Shown here one piece after another: positions 57,601-64,000 of a stretch of 64,000 nt of DNA (position 1 is its first letter; the number at the start of each line of letters is the position of its first letter). Made by a program: the position numbers and the translations under genes. The notes under the pieces are model-generated. The model was not told the DNA's origin. It saw nothing but the letters and a program-made list of their open reading frames with translations, and made no database searches. This stretch comes from Candidatus Omnitrophota bacterium (GTDB lineage: Bacteria > Omnitrophota > Gorgyraeia > Zapsychrales > Zapsychraceae): assembly GCA_021108075.1 (NCBI GenBank), contig JAIORP010000068.1:10594-74593 (forward strand), read 5' to 3'.

Positions 57601-58003
57601 GTTTATAACCAATCCCGCTGCAAGCGTCTCGAGGATTCGAACGGCTTTGCTGGATTCTGCCACTGTGACAGCACTTTCAGCTTCGGTTTCAGCGTCGACT
57701 CTCGAATGGCTTCATCTTCTTTCGGCAGAGCACGGGACTAAAGCCGTTTCACCTCCGCAGTGCGCAAGATTTCGGTTGGAAGCACCCAATGAGGTGAAAA
57801 CTCTTCATGCGCGGCAACTATCGCCGGGTAGTTCCATTGTTCTATGTTCGACCGACACTCGGTTTAAGGTTGAAGTGAAAGCGACCGAACAATTGCCCTT
57901 CGACAATTTTGTAAACGACCCCCGTTTTATCTTCGCCCGAGATGGCGACGTTTGGGTTCAACAGTGCCGAGACCCCCGTATCGATTATTTAAGTATGGGA
58001 TGA
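54638..58003 (+). CDS. hamB: Hachiman HamB-like Ski2-type SF2 helicase
   Basis: TSAGKT, APFRSLA, TPEK, DEGH, LSA, TTTLGQGVN, GRAGR. Confidence 0.8.
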   Translation: MSLSAQNARILMQSMRTQRIQNLVAQSKAKQVLREVREVPANFPRFESDLDDRVTFIAYGLLAAGCSLIERNETAEGYMELYAAADILESAHRTEIANHQASALHCLIGAMAFYACGQYSRAFVLIKNLEAVTPSAGIIASFLRKDRTRLIDKLNEVLLAPVPVFNEKSQFDDWALTICVARSLSIATEHAISGQPELLAIADTILRDAMTISVGASHPAFWWLARLLRLMLKDYGNGALWSVLPPFFGPEGKAQVDSYVKLLAFQKPPVIELWQSQTVALQLALNSQNRGGVINLRTSAGKTRVAELAILHTLWADPNAKVLYLAPFRSLAFELERTFSKTLAPLGYSVSHLYGGSRFSGVDRELFNEGHITIATPEKTKAMLRASPELFKPVKLVVIDEGHLLGGNERNVRNEMFLEYLRLLARVRGARILLLSAVLPNAEDLAAWVGGAPDALVKSSWKPSAERRGIIQWRKTGVTIEWLGDERCFNPHFIEFKKVPHVTPKGKIKSRAFPKNKTEAVAATATRLAALGPVLIFAGQAQWVPSMVRAVLLSLGPEAPVHRWPDTEWRLLDAVCREELGDDSLEITAARLGVVCHSNKLPPHVRIALEKLMAKHPPRIIVATTTLGQGVNIRISSVIVATTFIGANLQISKRDFWNICGRAGRAFVDGEGKILFAIDGTRSAWNVKTDEATAANYFDIVNIDQVESGLLHVVKYMHTIAANVGIPFATLLEMAANDNFDRCGENRVNVEGVMDWIDDQLLALHVEYKGDAPELTVDWVDDAFRDSLAAIQERARREPDHDDQLINFLKARVAGVQRKVPSPEARRAVISSGLPLSVGILAFNQLDVFREMVDRYLASETDADALGEMVTEFETWARQHAKIIVKGMPEQEQLDKIRPQWLDGGSLRKIVETCGDDATGICTGLYGYQLPWLFHSVAQKLDKLAEENRIEAFAKVGLLVELGLPTEAAAKVFLAGVRSRVAAVELSRFITNPAASVSRIRTALLDSATVTALSASVSASTLEWLHLLSAEHGTKAVSPPQCARFRLEAPNEVKTLHARQLSPGSSIVLCSTDTRFKVEVKATEQLPFDNFVNDPRFIFARDGDVWVQQCRDPRIDYLSMG

Positions 58004-58071
58004 CTATAGGGGAGATTTTAGGGACATGCCTGAATGTTGAAATGTGATGTAGCAAAAATATTACAAACATT

Positions 58072-58128
58072 GCCCAACAAGACAATCCAGCGGGCGTCTT
58101 ATAGCCGCCGCTGATTTTGGCGTTATGA
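58072..58128 (+). other. attC site
   Basis: R'' GCCCAAC (complement of GTTGGGC at 53739), AATCCAGC/GCTGATT, R' GTTATGA. Confidence 0.92.
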
Positions 58129-58138
58129 GATACAAATA

Positions 58139-58546
58139 ATGTTGAAAATTTATAATAGATTTGTCCCCATGGGCATCATCATTTGGTGTGTCCTTTTTGT
58201 AATTATAAATTTGTTCGTAATAATAAATTCAATTTATCAAGCATTTCGAGCAAGTGTGCCCCACTTTCTGTTTGCGCTCATTCCTGTAGTTTATGTAATT
58301 GTTTTGCTGGGATTTATGATTTTACAAGTATTGTTGGGTGGTAATGATTGCAGAAAATACTCTATTTATTGGTGCTTTTTTTGTTTGCTGGGAATTTCTG
58401 GAAGGTTTTGGGCGGGGCCACCATCGGATTTACTGGAATTAAGTATAACGAATGTATTAAAATTCTTGCCTATCATTGTATTTAATGTTAGTTTTATTAT
58501 TTATTTTTTGTTGCCAAGTATAAAAAAGTATTTTAGAAATCATTAA
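58139..58546 (+). CDS. Four-TM membrane protein (integron cassette)
   Basis: ORF fills the space between two attC sites; about 4 hydrophobic segments. Confidence 0.8.
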   Translation: MLKIYNRFVPMGIIIWCVLFVIINLFVIINSIYQAFRASVPHFLFALIPVVYVIVLLGFMILQVLLGGNDCRKYSIYWCFFCLLGISGRFWAGPPSDLLELSITNVLKFLPIIVFNVSFIIYFLLPSIKKYFRNH

Positions 58547-58548
58547 TC

Positions 58549-58604
58549 TCATAACCAGCAGATTGAGCGGGCGTCAGGACGCCGCTCATCTGCCAGCGTT
58601 ATGA
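58549..58604 (+). other. attC site
   Basis: R'' TCATAAC, AGATTGAGCGGGCGTC/GACGCCGCTCATCT, R' GTTATGA. Confidence 0.92.
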
Positions 58605-58617
58605 GAAATTAAAAATT

Positions 58618-58956
58618 ATGAATCACCGTATTCAAATACTTCGTGACGTATACAAATTTTACAATGAGAAAGGCCCTGGCAACTATGGGCTTGCACACAC
58701 ATTTCCAAGCTTTACAACGGGAGATGAAAGATATTTGGCAGCTCTCAACCAACTTCTACGAGAAAAACTGATCCTCGGTGTTTCTATGCCGGACAATAGT
58801 CATGAAAAAGATCAAATGGCGATTGGGCTTAACCCAGATCGTCTTAACAATATCAGAAAGGAATTGTCTCCATGGCACATGGATCCTAAGATAGTTATAC
58901 CTATTATTGTTGGAATGCTAGGCCTCATATGGGCAGTTGTCAGCAAGTTGTTTTAA
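58618..58956 (+). CDS. Hypothetical protein with C-terminal TM (integron cassette)
   Basis: Starts 13 bp after R'; soluble N-terminus and hydrophobic tail IVIPIIVGMLGLIWAVV. Confidence 0.75.
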   Translation: MNHRIQILRDVYKFYNEKGPGNYGLAHTFPSFTTGDERYLAALNQLLREKLILGVSMPDNSHEKDQMAIGLNPDRLNNIRKELSPWHMDPKIVIPIIVGMLGLIWAVVSKLF

Positions 58957-59139
58957 AAGGTCTACCCAGCCGTTCAACATCAAGAGGATAAACGGAGGAT
59001 AGCGGGGTGAGCCTGTTGAATGTTGGAACTAATTGACAAAAAAGATATAGAAATTAAGAGGCGGATTAGCTTTCGGTGGAAAATATGGAAAAATTATATG
59101 TTCCTCGACAAACGAAATAAAAAAGAATAAAATAAAAAG

Positions 59140-59218
59140 TCATAACGAAGCAATCCACCTGACCTTTTCCCGCGCCAAAATCGGTATGGGAAAAGGTCAG
59201 GTGATTTTTATGTTAGAA
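59140..59218 (+). other. attC site
   Basis: R'' TCATAAC, AATCCACCTGACCTTTTCCC / GGGAAAAGGTCAGGTGATT, R' GTTAGAA. Confidence 0.92.
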
Positions 59219-59224
59219 GGCACC

Positions 59225-59698
59225 ATGGTAAAAATAGAAAACAGGGTTGAGAAATATGCTTTTTTGAGGTTGTATGATCATGACCTTGAAATGGCAATAC
59301 AAACGATAATGGTTCTACGCAGATATCGTAGAAAAGATGTTAGATTTCCATTGTTAAGGGATATCGTTGTTACATATTGCAGGCCATTTACAGAGAGTCG
59401 AGGGGACGGAATACACAAAGATTTTTTTGGAGTAAAAAAATTCGAAAACCCTGAGATGAAATCGTTTCACAAAAAGCTTTTGAATTTAAGAAGTGAACTT
59501 TTTGCGCATACAGATTTTACATTTAAAAAGCCACAAATAGCAAATTGGTCCAACGGCGACAAAAAATGGTTTCCCATGGCATTCAAGGGTTTTAGCTACG
59601 AAAAGCTTGATAGCGAATTACCTAATATAATCAATTTTATAAAATACGTACAAAAAGATTTAACCAAACAAATTAATGAATATGAGAAAAGCTTCTAA
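59225..59698 (+). CDS. HEPN-like protein (integron cassette)
   Basis: YCRPF...LRSELFAH (Rx5H). The track start at 59186 lies inside attC, so ATG 59225 is preferred. Stop overlaps R''. Confidence 0.65.
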   Translation: MVKIENRVEKYAFLRLYDHDLEMAIQTIMVLRRYRRKDVRFPLLRDIVVTYCRPFTESRGDGIHKDFFGVKKFENPEMKSFHKKLLNLRSELFAHTDFTFKKPQIANWSNGDKKWFPMAFKGFSYEKLDSELPNIINFIKYVQKDLTKQINEYEKSF

Positions 59699-59754
59699 CA
59701 AGGCTTTTGCAGCGGAGCGCAAAAAGCCGCGCCCGCTGAAAAGCGACGTTGCAG
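59693..59754 (+). other. attC site
   Basis: R'' TTCTAAC (complement of GTTAGAA), TTTTGCAGCGG/CCGCTGAAAA, R' GTTGCAG. Confidence 0.9.
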
Positions 59755-59783
59755 GAAAATAAACAATTAAAAAGGTTGGATAG

Positions 59784-61673
59784 ATGCCGGGACTGCTTGG
59801 AATTATTGATCATCAGAAAAAGTTGGGCGTCAGCAGGATTGAGGAATTATTAACGCTAATGTCTCGTTCCCTGCAGCATGAAGATTTTTATCACACCGCA
59901 CAGTACGTCCGTGAAGAATTCGGCATAGCCAGAATTAGTAAACAGAAGGCGCGAGACGTTCGCGATAAATTTCCTGCCCCCCAGGATAATAATCTTTTAT
60001 TTTTTTACGGTGATCTCTATGTTTTTAATGGAAAGGATGTATTGGGCGATGCTTATCTGAACGATTTCCATAGGGACCTAACCCGGAATTTCAGCAAAAC
60101 AGTCTCGAATATCGATGGAGACTTCCTTTTTGTCTATTACAATTCTCAAGAGAAGAAATTATGCATCGTGAACGACATTACGTCGTCTATACCTGTTTAT
60201 TATGCTGTTGTAGACGAGGTCCTGTATTTTGCCCCAGAAGTAAAGGCCCTGCTTAAAATTCCTAGTCTTGATAAACAGATCAATTTTACAGGCCTGGCCC
60301 AGTTTCTTTCTTCAGGCATGGTCTATTCAGGCAATACTTATTTCAACAGTATCAAAGCTTTGATGATGTCGACCGTCATGTCTGTGCACTTTCCTTCCCA
60401 TAAAATAGTCCAAGCCCCATACTGGTCTTTTAATTTTGATGAAACGGTTAAAGATAAAGGGATGTCCTGTTACGCAGAGCCCCTCGCTGACCTGATTAAT
60501 AAAGCGATCAAGAGACGCGTTCGGGATAATACGGCTAAGAGAATAGGCGTCTTTCTTAGTGGTGGATATGATTCGAGGACGATCTTAGCTGCCTGCCTTC
60601 AAAATAATGTCCAGGTTGAAACGATCACCCACGGAGTCGAGCAACAGAAGCCTTTTTCAGACGCGCTTATCGCTAAGGAATTGTCAGATAAGCTCGGTAT
60701 AAAAAATCATTTTCATAAATTGATCCCAAACGACATGCAACACCATCTTCAGGATGTGGTCTATCGTACTGACGGATTAACGGATCAAGTGGGCAATTAC
60801 CCCAGCGGCCTGGACAATCAACGCCAGATGAGAGAAAGTTTTGATGTGGTTCTACGCGGTGAGGAATTATTCGGCTGGCAGGGGGGCGTATTCAATGAAG
60901 ACGATGCCTTGGCAAGTTTTAACCTTGTCCCTTTGCCGAACAAGTACCGTTCTATTTTAGGTGAGAAACATTTCCCTGGAATGAGGCAGGCGTCAGAGGC
61001 TGGTCTAAAGAATATTTCAAAAAGATGTGGTTTAAAGGATTTAATGAATCGAAAAGATCTTTATGTCTTTGCGCAAGGCGTTCCACATTTCTGGGGCATT
61101 TTAAATTATTTTAAGAATATGGTCATTGATATCCGAAATCCATTGTGGGATAAAGACCTCTTAACCTTTATAGCTAAATTACCTCCTCAATACAGGATTT
61201 ACAGAAATCTCTTCCGCAGAACTGTCCGGACGGCATATCCCGACATATTCAGCATAGAAGGAGCCAAGAGTTCTAATCTTCCCAATTGGACAGAGAGTTA
61301 TAGGGATCATCCGGATTTGCGTGCGTATATCCGCAGCAATTTAATTGATTCTTCTAATCCCTTTATTGAAGAATTGATAAATAGAGAAGGCCTTAATATT
61401 TTTGTTTCAAAATTTGAAGAGGCAGCTTTAAATTGCGCGCAAAAGTCAACAGGGTTGTCTGTGAAGGCATTTCAATCCTCTTTCAGATGGAAAGACCTTT
61501 TACCCACAGATTTTAAAACCTTTTTGGCCCACCTCATCAAGAGTAACTATATTCCTTATAAGATGGCATTGCCTTTATTTAAAAATAAAAAGATAACCGT
61601 GAGTTGGTTAAGGGACGATGTTGTTATGATGAGGTTATTGGTTTTGAAGCATTGGAGTGATTTGTTTATTTAG
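59784..61673 (+). CDS. Asparagine synthetase-like amidotransferase lacking the N-terminal catalytic Cys
   Basis: MPGLLG start, IDGDF, PVYY, FAPEVKALL, FLSGGYDSR, RNPLWD. Confidence 0.88.
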   Translation: MPGLLGIIDHQKKLGVSRIEELLTLMSRSLQHEDFYHTAQYVREEFGIARISKQKARDVRDKFPAPQDNNLLFFYGDLYVFNGKDVLGDAYLNDFHRDLTRNFSKTVSNIDGDFLFVYYNSQEKKLCIVNDITSSIPVYYAVVDEVLYFAPEVKALLKIPSLDKQINFTGLAQFLSSGMVYSGNTYFNSIKALMMSTVMSVHFPSHKIVQAPYWSFNFDETVKDKGMSCYAEPLADLINKAIKRRVRDNTAKRIGVFLSGGYDSRTILAACLQNNVQVETITHGVEQQKPFSDALIAKELSDKLGIKNHFHKLIPNDMQHHLQDVVYRTDGLTDQVGNYPSGLDNQRQMRESFDVVLRGEELFGWQGGVFNEDDALASFNLVPLPNKYRSILGEKHFPGMRQASEAGLKNISKRCGLKDLMNRKDLYVFAQGVPHFWGILNYFKNMVIDIRNPLWDKDLLTFIAKLPPQYRIYRNLFRRTVRTAYPDIFSIEGAKSSNLPNWTESYRDHPDLRAYIRSNLIDSSNPFIEELINREGLNIFVSKFEEAALNCAQKSTGLSVKAFQSSFRWKDLLPTDFKTFLAHLIKSNYIPYKMALPLFKNKKITVSWLRDDVVMMRLLVLKHWSDLFI

Positions 61674-61836
61674 GATGCTGGATGCCTGAGGGCTGAATTA
61701 GAAAAATCGTAGACGCTGTATCCATCCCCATGTAGCAGGCAGATGCAAATATAGTACGGGTAAAGCGAGATTGATGTTCAATCTTTATTTACGGGGGCAG
61801 GATTGTATCATTGTTGGAACTGGATAAGGAGGCATT

Positions 61837-62866
61837 ATGAAAGCATGGAAAATATTTGGAATGTTGACAATCTGTCTGTTGCTGAGTGGAACGTGTGACG
61901 CTGAACTGGTCGGATATTGGGATTTTAATGAGAATGCCGGAACGATAGCGCATGATAAATCAGATTATCATAATGATGGAACGATAGATATGCTGGGGAC
62001 TGTATGGACTGAGGGTAAATACGGATCAGCTTTAAAATTTTTAAATAATAGCCATGCCGCCGTCGTGGTTCCAGACGTTAATGATTCGTTGGATTTAGCA
62101 TCAGAGTTTTCAATTATGGCTTGGATTCAGATAAACGGTGTTACTTCCAGTGGTTTTATCATTTTATCTAAACATTATCCATGGTCTTGGTGGAGTTACT
62201 ATTTAAGTGTTAGTGCTTCCAACTTTCTGACTGCTTTTAAATTTGGGGCGGGTTATGGACATGGATTAGAAACCCAAAGCTTGACTGCACCTGAACAAAA
62301 TGTATGGATTCATGTGGCCTGTACGTATGACGGGTATAAAATAAAGCTTTATTATAACGGAGTTATCGACCAGGAACGTTATTTGTATAAAGCCGTTAAT
62401 GAACAAACGGATGGTCCGTTTTCTATCGGAGGAGGTGTTAGTGGATCTGAAATAGAAGGGCACCATTTTAAAGGGGACATAGATGAAGTCAGGGTGTATA
62501 GCCACGCGTTAACTGATGAGGAGGTTGTTATTGCTATGCATAGTCAAGGGATTAACAACGGGCAGTCTCCAGTTATAGTCATCGAAGAAGAATTTGTAGA
62601 AGCAGATGTCAATGAAGAAGTTATCCTAAGCGTAGAAGACTCTTACGACCCGGATGGTGATCTGATCTTCTATCGATGGACAAGATTACCGGAAAATGAA
62701 GTCATTTGTTTTTCCCCCCGCTCCAACATGCTCTGTAAAAGGCACAGGCAAAGTTAAGGATTTAATCAAAGTTGAAGCTTTTGATGCTAATGGTAACTCA
62801 TCCGAGGATCAAGTGACGATTGTCGATCGCTTGGCGGCTTTTTTATACTTTCAAAGTCAGCAGTAG
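61837..62866 (+). pseudogene. Secreted LamG-domain protein with PKD-like tail, frameshifted at a C6 tract
   Basis: Signal peptide; LVGYWDFNE, WIHVACTYDG, FKGDIDEVRVY; SYDPDGD. Removing one C at 62714-62719 continues as ..KVEAFDANGNSSEDQVTIV to TAG at 62866. Confidence 0.7.
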
Positions 62867-63037
62867 ATGAAACGACTTATTAAATCTATGTTTAAGAATA
62901 ATTTATGTATAAAGTAGACGCAGTATTAATCGTATTGTCAAAGAACAAACTCAGTCGACTCTTAAGTCTCAATCGGTACTAATGATGGGGTGAGTTCCAT
63001 GCCGCAAAGGATCAGCCCCGGATGATCACAAAAGCGT

Positions 63038-64000
63038 ATGGGAAAATATAAACCTTACCTAATCCCTTTCTTTATTTTCTTTATCAGCTTCATTATTCGG
63101 TTTTCGTTAATCAGCAAAGGGCCTTTTCATTCAGACAGTCTGCGCCTGCTGATCAGCGCCGAACAATCCCTTCAGGAACACAAAATTATCTATCTCCATG
63201 GCCACGGGTATCCTTTGACTGCGATTATGGGAGCATTTTTTGCCGGATTGGCTCGTATGCTGGGATTTCAGAATCCGCAATTCTTGCTCAATTTCATGAG
63301 TGTCTTATTCGGGGCACTAGTGGTTTTTCCCGGCTATGTCTTCCTTAAGAATTTTTTTGATGAGAAAACGGCCATTTTTACCATATGTTTATTAACATTC
63401 AGTCCCATTTTGTTATCGACATCCATTTACGGCAACAGCCATAACCTCTCCCTGTTCCTTTTCCTCTTATCACTCTGTCTATTCGGCAGATACCTGCAAA
63501 TCCCCTCTCTGAAAATTCTGCTAGGGGGAGCGTTGATTTTTGGATTGTTTGGAGCTTCCCGCGTTCAGGACTTTATGACCATGGTCATTCCGGTCTCCTA
63601 CCTTTATTTTGTTTTCGGGCCATTACCACAAAATGTTCGAGTCAACGGCCGGTGTGGAAAACTTCTGCGCTACGTGACAGCCGCGTTTATCAGTGTCTTA
63701 ACTGTCATTGTCTTTTATATCCCGCTGCTTTTAGAACGGGGTCAGGAATACTTTGGCGCAACATTTAAATACAACATCACAGATTCCTTTCGCTACCTGA
63801 TCTCACCTTACCATATGGGTAGAAGTTTCGGTTATCTCTTCAACAACTTCAATACCATTGGCTTATTGGCCTGTTTTTTCGGATTCCTTTATCTCCTGAT
63901 CAAAGATTACCGGCGCTGCGGTTTCATTGTGCTTTGGTTTTTGATTCCATTTATGTTTTTTGGCAATCATGCCATGACAGCTCCCCGCTGGCATCTGCTT
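63038..64000 (+). CDS. GT-C (ArnT/PMT-like) membrane glycosyltransferase, 3'-truncated by the window edge
   Basis: Hand translation MGKYKPYLIPFFIFFISFIIRFSLISKGPFHSDSL...HGYPL...LLTFSP...GASRVQD; frame appears open to the window end. Confidence 0.75.
   Translation, partial: MGKYKPYLIPFFIFFISFIIRFSLISKGPFHSDSLRLLISAEQSLQEHKIIYLHGHGYPLTAIMGAFFAGLARMLGFQNPQFLLNFMSVLFGALVVFPGYVFLKNFFDEKTAIFTICLLTFSPILLSTSIYGNSHNLSLFLFLLSLCLFGRYLQIPSLKILLGGALIFGLFGASRVQDFMTMVIPVSYLYFVFGPLPQNVRVNGRCGKLLRYVTAAFISVLTVIVFYIPLLLERGQEYFGATFKYNITDSFRYLISPYHMGRSFGYLFNNFNTIGLLACFFGFLYLLIKDYRRCGFIVLWFLIPFMFFGNHAMTAPRWHLL

Noticed and set aside
59186-59224. Track start codon for the HEPN-like gene
   Set aside because: It lies inside the attC hairpin of the previous cassette; ATG 59225 is the plausible start.
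2121-62505. Numerous short antisense or alternate-frame ORFs in the track
   Set aside because: They overlap well-supported + strand genes and show no recognisable motifs.

Overview
Bacterial DNA in which every gene I can credibly call lies on the + strand. The two giant proteins at 36.7-44.9 kb resemble a family I associate with Ca. Omnitrophota (inference, unchecked). There are four zones. (1) ~2-34 kb: a radical-SAM-rich locus, probably for cell-surface modification, with 10 intact CX3CX2C domains in 9 genes. These are 4 stand-alone B12-binding rSAMs, one B12-rSAM::rSAM fusion, 3 SPASM/twitch-like rSAMs and a TRAM-less methylthiotransferase. The locus also has PP-loop, FemAB-GNAT, CapK/PaaK, methyltransferase, deacetylase and GT-C genes and several decayed paralogs. 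(2) 36.7-44.9 kb: two paralogous exported proteins with a shared N-terminal domain and a shared C-terminal GGID tail around unrelated middles; one middle is a whole phosphoglycerate kinase. (3) 45.2-61.8 kb: tRNA-Asp followed by three tandem modules with no integrase gene. Each opens with a ~327-bp conserved non-coding arm ending in TTGACA-N17-TAGAAT. Two carry an attI-like site followed by integron cassettes (6 attC sites) that include TIR, Hachiman and HEPN-like genes, and module 1 also holds a P-loop ATPase-nuclease gene. (4) Further envelope genes at the right edge. An 82-103-bp MITE-like repeat occurs 7 times plus one partial copy, and IS630 and ISL3 elements are present. All calls come from reading motifs by eye; no searches were run.
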